A DNA stretch of 63,924 bases, filler included, from Craspedostauros australis (Eukaryota), in the NCBI GenBank assembly GCA_030167865.1. It is 9 parts of 9 records of this genome, joined end to end, with 100 filler letters (N's around TTAATTAATTAA, not from the genome) between each part and the next. Parts side by side here need not be neighbours in the genome. Positions count along the whole stretch, not along the records: positions 1 to 25,665 come from JALAGF010002122.1; 8 more parts are not named here. One strand, 5' to 3'. Position 1 is the stretch's first letter, and each line of letters begins with the position of its first letter. Below, piece by piece: positions 1 to 11,889 of this stretch. The notes under the pieces were generated by a model, which saw nothing but the letters and a program-made list of their open reading frames with translations, had not been told where the DNA came from and made no database searches. A program made the translations under genes and the position numbers.

Positions 1-625
1 CACTTTCACACCCAGGAGATGCTTCACCTCAAGTGACCAGAGTTGAATCACGTCCTGAGAGTGTTGTATCTCTGGTGACCATGCAACTTCCCCAATTTTC
101 AACTTTCTGCACCCTTTCTCCGCAAACTGCCTGATCTGGTTCGTTTGTTCCAGGAGCTTGTTGAACTGGAGGCGCTTCTCTCATGGCATGGTCCATCCTT
201 GGGCCTTTGTTGATGCCAACAATTCCTCCACGCGTCTGTGTATGTTGTGTTGCTGTATTCTTCGAAAAGAGCGTTGTTGTAGCGTTGTACAACCCGCACG
301 ACACTGAGCACCAGTCTATTGGGCATGATGGATCGAACTGGCTTTATTCTCATCCCCAGGATCTGTGCGAAGCTCATGTCCGTCCATACTGCTCTATGGT
401 CCGATGGAATTGGAGCCCCAAATGCCAGATAGCCTGCTTTCTCCATCTTCCCCCTTCCGTAACATAGATTGTGTTGATGGGCACGTTGCTCCTGTTCTGT
501 TGTTGTGTGGCTTGTCGGGATTCCTCTCCTATTCTGTCTTCCACCGCGTTCTTCATTCCAATCTTGACCAGTTGCTTGGATATGTTTCTGTCCAGCATGT
601 CATTGTTAAGGTCCACTTGGATCAT

Positions 626-831
626 TATTAAAGCACTATCGAAAAATCACAAGGGGTGAGCAAAAGCAAAGTACCATGCTGGGATTCGAACCCGGAACCT
701 CAGTGAGAATTACTGGTGCTCTACCGTTGAGCTACAGGCGATGCGATTGCTGAACCGAACACAAGTGAAATTTATAGATAGTGGGGGCTACGGGAGTAAC
801 GTACTTAGCACTATTCGATTTTGTGCTGATA
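626..831. mobile_element. 206-bp insertion with 5-bp TSD (ATCAT) inside the LINE endonuclease
   Basis: ATCAT at 621-625 and 832-836. Removing the insert and one copy restores the minus-strand frame N-T-I-M-I-Q-V-D-L-N-N-D. Ends TATTA.../...TGATA are imperfectly inverted. Confidence 0.85.
671..741 (-). pseudogene. tRNA-like sequence (pseudo-tRNA with Pol III A and B boxes)
   Basis: Minus strand TCGCCTG-TA-GCTC-AACGGTA-GAGC-A-CCAGT-AATTCTC-ACTGA-GGTT-CCGGG-TTCGAAT-CCCAG-CATGGTA-C followed by TTTGCTTTT. D stem is perfect and the B box is GGTTCGAATCC. The acceptor stem is mismatched and U33 is absent. Confidence 0.8.
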
Positions 832-3800
832 ATCATGATGGTGTTTCCTTCCACATTCCATCTGTGTAGTTCCTCCAGCAAGTCTCTGGTCCATGCTTCA
901 TGCGGATCTTCCTCTCTTCCTTCGGCATCCAGGACCATTGATTGCCGTGCCCACACAGTACTGTGTCCTTTGGTGGATTGTCATGGCCTTTAGGCAGAAA
1001 CTGCTTGCAGTAGTATGCTTCCTTTGCCCTCCAATAGAGTCCAACACCATCTCCCCATCCTGCTCTAGTCAAATCCACTTTGGAATGTGCGAGCCGCCAA
1101 CTGCGCACTCACCACAATTCCTGCGCCACCGTAAACTCTCTGGTCCTGCTTTGCTTCATGCGCGTTGTACGAGAAAATGTGCTTGGACCTGGAGATCCGA
1201 CGTCTTCCTTGCTCCAACCATTGGTCCGTGGGTCACACATGGCCCCATCTTGTGTTGGTCTCAGCCATGAATAGCATGTCAAGGCCGCTCATCCTGATGA
1301 AGTCGAAGATCTCTTTGTTTTTCTGTTGGTACGAGTGTATGGGTATCTGGGATGCGTTCTGGAAGACGATGCGTATCGTCGCACCAGTCTTGTTGATCAT
1401 CGCATCCCCGCAAGCATCGTTCAGCCTACTTGCTTCTGTGTGAACAGTCATGTCTGTCATTGTGCCGTCCCTAGTACACTGTGGTATTGTCCAGTGTATC
1501 TGCCCTGTGGCCAATATTCGTTGTTGTCTTGCTCCACTTATGTTAGTGGTACTGGCTTCTTTCCTCGTTCTCTGTTGCTTTGTTTTGGTGAGAAAGTATT
1601 GGCGATCACTGTCATGATCCTTGAGTTGTGTTGGTGTGTTTCTGTATTGTTGTGTTGTTGGTTCTTATTGCCCTTGCGTTTTGTTTGCTTCTGCTCCTCT
1701 TTTTCTTTTTACTCCTGTTTTGTGGCTTCTTAGCCTTCAGGTATGATTGGATCTGTGTCCATGGGGTCTTCCATCTTGTTGTCTCCTTGACTGCCCTCGT
1801 CCTCGTCCTCATTGTTGCTGTCGGTCTTGCTTGAGCTGTCCCTGCTGTCCTTGTCTTCTCCCAACTTCTGGGCCTTCATCTGGTCACTCTTGTCAGTCTC
1901 ATGCTTGTCTTCCTCCAGGATGCTGCTACTTGGGTTGTCCGGGTCGAAGTCTGTTTTGGCTGCCGGGTCTGCTGCGAATGGCTGTGGCCTGGCTGACTTG
2001 TGTTTCGCAGTGTTTCCGATTGCGGCCCCAATATGGAAGTCTGCTGGGCCACTGATGCTGTTGTGAAAGTTGCTACCATTCCGTTTTTCCCGTTCTGTGT
2101 TCTTGGGTTGGATGTCATTTCAACCTCAAATTCCAGAAGCAGCACCAGTTTCATGTTGTCTTGTTCATCCATGTAGCCTTCCCATCCAACATCCTCCGCG
2201 GATAGCTCAATCATCTCCTCTTCGTCGAGATTGAGAAAGTGAGCACCCCTCTTGCGCGAGTTGCCCCATCTCCAACTCCTCCTTGCTTCTGACCAACCTG
2301 ATTTTCTAGTCCACTTCATAGTATTTGTTTTGGGACCATGCCTCTGGAGTAAACTATCCTTGGCATTTGTGGTCCAGCTTTTTGCTGCAGAAAAATGGTA
2401 GTTTGGAAATCAGTTCCCGCGCTTCCACCTGTCATTTGGGATGGAAGACGAAAAAGGCACGATTGCAGTTGGACTTGTCTGTATCCACTGACATGAACAA
2501 TGTGTAGTCTGGGTCTTCGAAAGACCGAAGATTTATGATGATCTTGCACAGAGTGAGTCTTCATATCAGCACTTCCACATCCAACTGCATGATAGAGTAC
2601 ATGCCCTCTGTCACCATTTTCTTTTCGAATGCAACCTGATGTGCTACCATCGAACTCAAGTTCGCGAGTTCCAAGGGTGGGTGATGGAACTGTTGGTCGA
2701 GAGCATCCGGCATGAACCTCATCTGTTTTCCAAGGAGGAGTACCGTGCCCGCGCGGTTGTTGAACATGTCGTTCATTGCGACATGGTAGGATCTGGGCTT
2801 TGACTCGCTGCACATGATGTGGGTGGCCCTTGGCCAGTTGCAGTAGCTATCCAATTCGGATCGTTGTCCTCTCTTCTTCACCAGTTGAATCTTATGGATG
2901 CGAAGTTGAGCTACACATTGGTTCTTCACAACCTCATGCCCATTGATTACTTCTGCCAAATCCTCCATATTCATGGTGCTGTGGCTGCCAAACATCCAGC
3001 CTGCTGCCACAATGTTGTGTTCCTGCATGTCAGACTTCCTGAAAGCCATCGTGGCGGTTACTAGTGTTCCATCATCCTCAAACGTGTCGAGGTCCTGTTT
3101 GTGGGCAACCCAAATGTGCGTGTAGGTCATGAATCCTGTTCTTGCATAGAGACTCTCTACGAATTGCTTCAGCATCTCACAGCTGGTCCACGCAACGTCT
3201 GCGGCCATCCAGGGCCATAGCTTTTTGCTTTTCTGTCATGCCAGGACTTTCGCCTTGGAGTCAGTGCGGAAAATGAATGCGCGTAACGTGTTCAATCCTG
3301 CGATGACTTGCACCAACAGAGTATCACTGCCCTCCCTTGACATTGGCGGACACACATCAAAGAAGCTCTTGTGAATGTTGCTGAGGACATCATTGATGCT
3401 CACCAGTTCTCAAGCTTGTGGGTTCTTCCTTGGGTACGCCGTTACTTTGTTTTTATTGGCTTGCATGACTTCTTTTTGGATGTGGGGTTTGGAGAGTTGG
3501 CCTGTGGAACTTCTTCATCTTCGTTTTGTCGAGATGGATGCCCTTGACCTCCATGAATACCATCCTTGCTTCAATCCACATGGCTGTCACATGTGTGGAT
3601 AGGATCTGTCCAAATTCCACATCAAAGAGGAGAAGATGTTGGACGTTGCCAACAGTTGCACCATGATTTGCACCATCAGCAGGTTGGATTCTGCAGTTAG
3701 TTTGTTGTTGTACGCATCGCTGAACAGCTGCTTCCACTGTTTGAAGGATGCTCCATCTGCCAGACTGTCCCTCATCTCCTTTACGAAGGCAATGGGCTTG

Positions 3801-5039
3801 TCAAGCGCGCCCTCTTCCCCAGATGCGGCTTGGAAAGGTTCTGAGCCCCGTGTCATCAGGTTCCTCTTACAGAGGATGTCACCCCAACTTCTCTCATGTT
3901 GATGACTCCAAGTCCAATGGTTCTCATTTTCAGTGGGTTGCTTTTTTGACGTCTTTTTGCCTGGAGAGTCCCTGGACTGTCGCTTGCCATCTCGGCCTCC
4001 TCGTCCTGGAAATCCTTGTGCCATGGTCGGCATCGATCGATCGCTCTGGTTGACTTTGCCAGAGCCGTTTTGTGCGTCTGTGCGCACCATTGTCAAAGAT
4101 TATGTTCTAGTACTGATTCTACAGGTTCTACGTGAGAATTTTTGTACTGGTCCTACGTACGTCATCAACTGTGGAAGAGCCATGGGACATTCTTTGGTAT
4201 GCAAAATATAGCATTGTGTCACGCTAAGCTTAGTTTGTTAATACAAAGTCCTGCGCACCCTTCTTTGCTTCCATTGGACAGGGGATGCCGAGGTCATCTG
4301 CTGAGCTGTTGGTATGGTGCGGAAAGAGACTGGTGGCAGTGGTGTTGTTTTCCATGTTGTTTTCGTGTTGTGATTCATGTGCTTGCAGATTCGTTGACAC
4401 CAAAATACCAAGCCGAGAGGAGAGCAGATGAACAACGGCCAGCAGCCAGAGATGGCTGTTGGTGACGATGAGCAGAGAGGAGGTCCAAAGGAACAAACAG
4501 AGAATAGATCTGAAGTGAGGACAAGGCCGCAATAAAGAGTAGACATATGGAGGGAAGGCAGTGTGTGCTGATTGGGACATGGACAAAGCTCAACGTCATG
4601 GGCCACAAACGACGCTTGAACCGAGAACAAGGCAATGTGAAAGTCAAGCTGGGGGTCAAGATCTGGATGACCCACCAACCCACAACTCTGAATTTTGACA
4701 ACTGATCCATGGCCCAGATGAATCAGCATCCTTGGCATGCCTACCGCTGCCACGCAATCCTAAACATTTCTTCGAAACCAACCGCCTCACCAACGCGAAA
4801 TGTGATTGTGTCGATGATAGGCACGACTGAACATCAAATTGAAGCACGACTGGAGTTTCCAAACCCAATTGCACGTCTACGTCCGCATGCCCAACGTTTT
4901 TAGAAATAGACTAATGCGAAAAATATAAACTTTTTAACTACAAGGATAGGGAGCTTGTTACTTCACACATGTACTCTCTACAACATTATAGGATGAACGA
5001 AGTCCTCAAATTAAAAATCGGCACGATAATACCTTTGTA

Positions 5040-5830
5040 TCCTGAATGGGGTCATACGGCACCATCAAGAACAGCTACAAGAGAGCGTCGTACAAACCGT
5101 GGCAGTGGAGGATCTTCTACCACCTCTCCAACATCTGCCTCAACCACGTCTCCTCAGAATTCCACTCGCAGAAAATGTGCGGAGGTAGAATCCGACGCCG
5201 CCTCCAATCTCTCCAATCTCTCCAACCGGACGTCGTCATCTCCGTTCATCCAGCCATGAACTTCACACCCCTCAAGGAGACCATCCACATCTCCAAGCAT
5301 CAAGACAAGCACATCCCATCCTTTACCGTCGTTACGGATCTCGGATCCGCTCACAGGATGTGGTTCTTGAAGCACGTTGACAAACTCTACGTCGCATCAG
5401 AACGGCTCCGTGTCTCTGTGTCTGTATCACCGCCAGGAAGCAAGGCAAGACACCCGACGAGAACATCATCCTCACAGGACTGCCCATCCGCCATGGCTGC
5501 CCATCCGTCATGACTTTGCCGTCCAGGCCGACAAGCTTGGCGTCCGCATTTCCGAAACCGGCAAGCAGTATCAGCATCAGGTCTGCCAGCAGGTCCTTGG
5601 CGATGACGCCTATGATCCATCCAAAAAGATGGTCCTCATCATGGGCGGCGGAGAAGGTGTTGGAGGATTGTCGGAGATTGTCGGAGATTGTCGATCAATT
5701 GTACATCGACCTGGTCAACCGCGGTGTCGATACCACAATCTGCGTCGTGTGCGGTCGAAACGAAAAGCTGAAGACTGATCTGGAGGCTCGTGATTGGGAC
5801 GCCATCATTAGGGAAGCAAACGAGGACGGC
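5040..5830 (+). pseudogene. Monogalactosyldiacylglycerol synthase (GT28) internal fragment, frameshifted
   Basis: PDVVISVHP, TVVTDLGSAH..W, GLPIRHDF, VLIMGGGEGVG and VVCGRNEKL are spread over three frames; both termini are missing. Confidence 0.85.
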
Positions 5831-6705
5831 GGGGAGCAGTCCGCCGGACGACGAAAACGACGACGGAGAAGGAGAAGAAGGAGAACAAGGAGATCGGCGA
5901 CGACATTGGCAAGCATACTCAGAATTGGATCAAGCTGAATGAGGGAGTGTGAATCGAGTGTGAATCAAGAGCCCAGACTCGTTGGACAACATGCCTGAGT
6001 GGGATGCGAGCGCAACTGTGATGGAATGGAATGGAATGGCATGCAATGCAATGGGCTGATTACTCGATGGATCGATCGATCCAATAACGACATCTGAAGT
6101 CGGACTAGAGAACAAACAATGTTAATCATAGCCAACCTCATCACCCACAAAACTCCACAACTAGTGTTATCGCTTGCTGCCTTGCTGCATTTTACATTCT
6201 GTGCAGGTCGTACTTGTGGTGTGGAGTACATATGTAGACTCTTGTGTGGGACGAAGATCCTCTCATTCGTGTAGGTCGGTGGATGTCTGTGGTCATGCCA
6301 AGACCCTTGGACGAAATTTGGAATGAGGCAACAGTGCAACGGACGTTGTGCATTCAGAACTGAATACAGGTATAGTGGCCAATCAGGAGTGTGCTGTGAC
6401 TGAAGGAAGTCGAATCGAATCGAATCGAGTCAAATCGAGTCGAATTGAGTGTTGTGTTGCGAGGTCCAAGGCGTGAATGCGAGGGCAAGTGTCACGACAT
6501 CCAATCGCCCACAGTAAAAATGGCGCGAAAGTTCGGCGGTTCGCAACTGATAGTCGTGAAAACCCAACCGTCTTGTTCCCTCCACTGTTCCTTCCACCAT
6601 TCACACACAAACACACGGTTGCAACAAAATCAAGCACCAAGAAAACAAGCAAGACAGTCAGCAAGACAAATCATAAAATCCACTGCCACAACAATCACTT
6701 TCCAC

Positions 6706-6740
<35 letters not shown>
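6706..6740 (+). repeat. (CAT)n microsatellite
   Basis: About 11 CAT units just upstream of the ATG at 6763. Confidence 0.9.
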
Positions 6741-6762
6741 CCACCAAGCAAACCATCCAACA

Positions 6763-7509
6763 ATGAAGTTTGTTCCCACTGTCGTTCTTGCTCTGTGGAT
6801 CACCACAGCATTTCCCAGCTGTGTCTTCGCAACAGCCAGCCCCACCAAGAAGCCCTGGTCGATCCTGGGTGGAGCCACCATGGAAGCTGGCAGCAACACC
6901 AAGGGTAGCATGCCAGGCTGTGCCTTTGCGCCACACAATCTTCATGGCACGACAGGTGTGACCACAGCTGGTGCAGCAGCTGGCACTTCAGGTGGTGCTG
7001 CAGGTGGCATTCGCCCAACACCAAGTGCAGGGATGCGTCTTCCATCTGTGCGGGGCTTGTGGAAAGCCCTTTGCACAGCCATTCTCCCACAAGACTTCAA
7101 ATTTGCGAAGAAGGTGCTGTTTGTTGCTCTCGTTGGTGGTGGCATCATCAAACTCTTGGTTGATGACAGCATCAACAAGACCATCGACTATGTGGACCAG
7201 ACTGTGGAACGGCGGATCAGACAAGTTGCAGAGGGTGTCAAGGGCACCACCAAAGAAGAGCGCAACAAACACATCAATGGCATGACCCGCGCTGCATCAG
7301 GCGGGTTTGTTCAAGGTACTGTGGAAGGGTTGCTACTTGCTCCTTTCCGTGCATCGTGGAATCTTTGCCTCTGGGTCAGCACATCCTTGGCTAGCATGCT
7401 CCGCAGCAGCACCCCAGTGAACAGTAGCAGCATCAACAACACCATCGACACCGACAGCACCAATGACACCAACAACACTGGCAACACCACCAACGAACTA
7501 ACCATCTAA
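6763..7509 (+). CDS. Hypothetical protein with signal peptide and hydrophobic segments
   Basis: MKFVPTVVLALWITTAF N-terminus, internal hydrophobic stretch VLFVALVGGGII, N/T-rich tail; single open frame. Confidence 0.55.
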   Translation: MKFVPTVVLALWITTAFPSCVFATASPTKKPWSILGGATMEAGSNTKGSMPGCAFAPHNLHGTTGVTTAGAAAGTSGGAAGGIRPTPSAGMRLPSVRGLWKALCTAILPQDFKFAKKVLFVALVGGGIIKLLVDDSINKTIDYVDQTVERRIRQVAEGVKGTTKEERNKHINGMTRAASGGFVQGTVEGLLLAPFRASWNLCLWVSTSLASMLRSSTPVNSSSINNTIDTDSTNDTNNTGNTTNELTI

Positions 7510-7573
7510 GCATGTTGCCAATGGTATTCTATGAGTTGTGTGTTGACTGCAATCACCTGGTGCACATGTAGGC

Positions 7574-10500
7574 TCACGCAGCGACCTTGTTCTTGTGTGG
7601 TCTCTTCTCGACGTCGCCTTCCATGTAGGACGGATCCGTCGAGCTTTCGGTGCCGCCATCCTCATCTTCCTCATCCGTTTTCGTGGTGAGCAAGGAGCGT
7701 GACTTTTGCTTGCAGAAAGACGATTGCATCGTATCCTCCTCATCGCGATGATTGTGCAGCACGCGGTGCTTGGAAACGCGTGGAGGTGGACACGATCTCG
7801 CTGCTGCTGTGATTGCTGTCGCGGATGGAATCGGCATGCCGACGTCTCGTGACGCTGCGACTGCGGTGCCTCTTGTCGCCAACGTTGCTGTTGCCCTTCT
7901 TGCTTTTGGCGGGAGCGACCTCCTGCGCCGCAGATTTGTCCGTGTCATTGCGTTTGTTGGATTTGCGTGCGGCGGATCGATGGCGCGATCGCGTGGATTG
8001 GTTCTTCATTTCCGTGCTCTCGAGAGATGAAGATTTCTTCGCGCGGGAGGATTTCGGCTTCGACATATCCATAACATCGCTCTTTGACGGAGTCTTCTTC
8101 AACGATTCTCCATTCTTGCTTTCGCGTTTGTGTGATGATCGATGCCTTGACCGAGTTGACGGTTCTGCCGTGGTGGCTGTCATGGCTGTTGTCGAAGCGT
8201 CCTGCTGTGGCTGATCACCCACGGACAGCTTGCGCGAGGATCGGTTGAGGTCACCCTTTCCGCGCGTTGAACGGTGACGTGACCGCGTGGATGGATTGGT
8301 GTCATCCATATCCTTCTTGCGCGATGATCTGTTTCTGGAACGGCTGGATGGATCCGCGGCATTGTCCGATGCCTCTTCCGTCACCTTCAGCTCGCGTTGC
8401 TTCCGCGACGACTTCTGCCACGCCAATCTGCCAGTGCGGTTTGGCGTTGACGAGGTGGCATCCTGCGAGGCCATACGTCCGGCAGGGTCGGGTACACTCT
8501 CCTTGCGGCGTGATGACCGATGACGGGATCCCGATCGCAGAGTCGCCTCCGCCGCATCGGCATTGATATCAGATTTGCACTCGTCACGATTGGTGCGGCC
8601 AACCTTGTGCTTGGAACGCGAGGATGGTTCCAACTCTCCCCCATCCTGGCTGCTGCGATGCGACGAACGATTCTTGCGACGAGTGGATCATTCGCCTCGT
8701 GCGGATGCCTCACGGGCGTCACTTGGATCCATCTTCGAGGATGATCCTGTCTTCGTGCGTCTCGATCGGCCCTCCTTCTGGTGCGACGATCCCAATTCGT
8801 TCTGATCCAGTGTGCGTTGATGATGTGATGACGTGATGACTTGCCACCATCGTCCTTCTTGGATGTCTTGTGTCTGTTCCGCGTTGATGGTGACTTCAAA
8901 TCACGATCATGGTTGGACTTCTTTTCCAGGTCGGGAACGAGCAAGTTACCTTGGACGCGCAGGCGACGCGACGATCCGCTCTTCTTGTGGCTTGTGCTGC
9001 CGGCTGTCTGGCTGTGCGATTGTGGGCTGAAGATGGTATCCGATTCGGACGGCGACATGAGGATGGAGAAGCTAGTAGTATCTGCGTGCTTCCCTCGACG
9101 ATGCGGCCGTGATGGTGCTGTTGTGAAGATCCGATGTCGCTCCAAGATTGCCATTGCCATTGCCGCTGCTGTTGCTGTTGCTGTTGCTGGAGCACCGTTT
9201 CGACAAGCTGGATTTGCCCTTGGACTTGCACTGCGCTTTGGTTTGGTTTCCGCCAAAGACTTCCCAACTGCGATGGCTGCCGCTGATGCCAACGTGGCGT
9301 TGGAACGCCTCGCCTTGCTCTTCTTGGTGGATTCCGTCTTGATTTTCTCCACCTCACCATTGTCGCAAAGACGACTTGACGACTGCAACTGCAACTGCGA
9401 CGATGAACCAAACATGGACGTTGCCGTCGTGGTCGCCGTGATGATCGAACCATTTCGGACCTTGGACGACGTTGTTTTTCTGTTCTGCGCAGCGGCCGAA
9501 TCGCCGTCTCCCGTCATGAGGCTCTTCGTGCTGCGCCTCATATCCTTTTGGAAGGTGATGGTCTCACGGTGATCATCGGCATCCTTCTTCGCCTTGGATT
9601 TCGCATCGTCGTCGTTGTCATTCTGCTGCTGGCTGGACTTGGATGGCGACAACGGCGCGTCATTCTCATCATGATCGTCGCTCAACTGACTGCTGCGACT
9701 GCTGCGACGGTGGTTTCAGCGGATGACGCGATTCCGCGTTGCTGCTGTCGCCATCATCCGGAATCGAAGTGAAACCGGAATCTTCCAACGGCGATGACTC
9801 GTGGATCATCGGGATGAAGAGACTGTGGTGACTTCCGCTGTGTTGGCCGGGCGGTGAAAGGAAGGGCGGCTGATCACCGGCCGTCGACGTCGACGTCGTC
9901 ATCGGTGCCCGTGGACTCCAACATCGTCGACGATCTCATGATGCTGTGCGGGTCAAACTGCAGGTCAAGCTGCAGGTCAAACTGCAGGTCAAACTGCGGT
10001 ATATCCTTGAGATCCGTCGTCATGTTCATGAGGCTGTCATCCAGCGACTTCGTGTGCGTGATGGACATGGAGCTGCGCGACTGCTGCACCTGCGGTGACT
10101 CGCAGTTGAATGACACCTCATCCGGATCATCATGATCGTCATCATTGTCATCATTGTCATGCTTATCAAAACTGCCCTTGCGATGATGTGAGGAAAAGAA
10201 CTTGATGGGCAGACCGAATCGTTTGTGATTGGGAGACACCGGTCGTTGTCTGCGGCGATTCCTTGTGAGCGGAGACATGAGGATCCCGTTGCGTTGCTGC
10301 GGCATTGTTGTTGTTGTTGTTGCTGCTGGTTATTGGAATACTGTTGCGCATACAGATGATGCACGTCGATTGGCTGTTGTCTGGGTGGAAGTTGGTTTGA
10401 CTCAGATGCTGCACTTGCTGCTGATGTTGCTGCTGATGAAGAGCCACTGTCGCCACATGCGCCTGTTGTACTTGCTGATGAGTCTGATGCTGTATCTGAT

Positions 10501-10730
10501 ACTTCTGCTTCTGCAGATTGGCAACCAGAGAGGCCTGCGTCTGCACCATCTGCGCCAGGATGTCGATCTTGGCATCGCTGGAAACGGAGGACGGCGTCGT
10601 CTGCGGCTGCGGCTGCTTCGGAAAGGAATGGTGGCTCTGGCTGTGAGTGCTGGGGCTGCCATCGTGCGGCAGCGCAAGTTCATCGTCGCTTCGGTTGGCT
10701 GTGGCTGTGGCTGTGCATGTGGCTGCTCAT
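7574..10730 (-). CDS. Large low-complexity S/R/K/Q-rich protein broken into overlapping ORFs (frameshifted gene or sequence errors)
   Basis: Consecutive overlapping minus ORFs 10166-10549, 9874-10305, 9669-9902, 8387-9685, 7740-8633 and 7574-7948 of similar composition; recurring PSTRSRHRSS motif. Confidence 0.45.
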
Positions 10731-11889
10731 GTCGTCAATCTGATATTATAGAATACTATTCTATTATATAATAGAATATAATACTATGGCTCCTCACAGT
10801 CTGATATCCCCAATGAGATGGCCTCCGCGGTGGGTCTGTGCGTCCTGGGCCATGGACCCTCCCCGAGATTTGAGTTTCCAGCGAGAGGAGGCCGTGATTT
10901 GGAGAGACACAGATTTTATGGGTTGTCCCTGTGGTGAGAGGATGACCGCCACAGACGGACGTAGGCCAGACTGCTTCCATTGTAGTGTGTCCCATGTCGT
11001 TCCTTGAAATTTACTGTTGGCGCGAAATCTTCCAACTACGACAACAGCAAAATCCTCCTTTCTCTTTTCCTCCTTTTCCATTCATGGATCATCGCTGACT
11101 CAAAGGGCACAACTGACTCGATCCAAGCTGTCCTGTGGACTATGTGCTTCCCTGGATCCTTGTCTATTCTCAACACTGAACCCCTGAGGGTCAGCGCAGA
11201 GCCGCACCAGTCATGTGAACATTGTTTCTTCATCCTATCTACACCATCTGATCAACTCACAATGCAGAACTATTGAATAACTATAACCCAACTCAAGATC
11301 AGTACAAACAGCACTATTCTATTCATTGTCAACGCTACTACGAATACTCCTCAGACGATCATCCCTTCCGGATCGTGTCACAACAGTACACAAAAAATAC
11401 AACTGAGCATGGTGTCAGCAACAGAATCCTTTCAGAGCAGGAGAGAACACACAATTTCGAGGACGATAGCTCGAAACAGCACCATCACCAGCAACAGCCA
11501 CTAATGCTAGATAAGATCGTCTTCTGTGTGTCTTGAGGTCTCTCCTTTGCAGCACCTACCAGCTCGCAATCGTCTGAATTCATTCTCTACCTTTCGTTGA
11601 CCCCTCGACATGGTCTCGTGGTTGTTGACGTTCCGACATGCACTCGTCTTGGTCGACCGAAGTCACACGATCGCTAGTCGTGGATGATTGACGCCGTCGC
11701 GCCAAAACCAACCAATCCCCAAACAACCTCCGGTTTCGCGTAACGAAACACGATCTTCAACGTGGTGGACTGTCTTCGTACAACATCGTCGACCCAACAC
11801 AAAGGAGGCAGGGCGAACAGTGAACATTGCAAGCCAGGATTGGGCAGCACTCTCCAAAATCAACCGCCACAGCGATAGCGACATTGAGA

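Larger units (their letters stand above)
1..4096 (-). mobile_element. Degenerate non-LTR retrotransposon (Ambal-like LINE): ORF1 remnants (~1500-4096) and APE endonuclease (1-1514), continuing off the left edge
   Basis: Minus-strand fragments in APE order: IRIVFQNA..LDMLFMAETN (1233-1514), DLLEELHRW..GNTIMI (732-956), QVDLNND (374-625), PSDHRAVWTD (99-446). Upstream ORF1-like HIWVAH..AAGWMFGSH (2561-3208). Many stops and frameshifts; CpG-poor. Confidence 0.8.

Noticed and set aside
671..741. Functional tRNA-Glu(TTC) gene
   Set aside because: Three acceptor-stem mismatches, A at position 33, mismatches in the T and anticodon stems, and it lies inside a TSD-flanked insert.
4094..5037. Possible TIR element (CAAAGATTAT ... 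ATAATACCTTTG)
   Set aside because: The match is short and gapped, there is no TSD, and no transposase motif was recognised.
6445..6762. Poly-His N-terminal extension of the 354-aa ORF
   Set aside because: It derives from a (CAT)n microsatellite in a probable 5' UTR; the signal peptide starts at ATG 6763.
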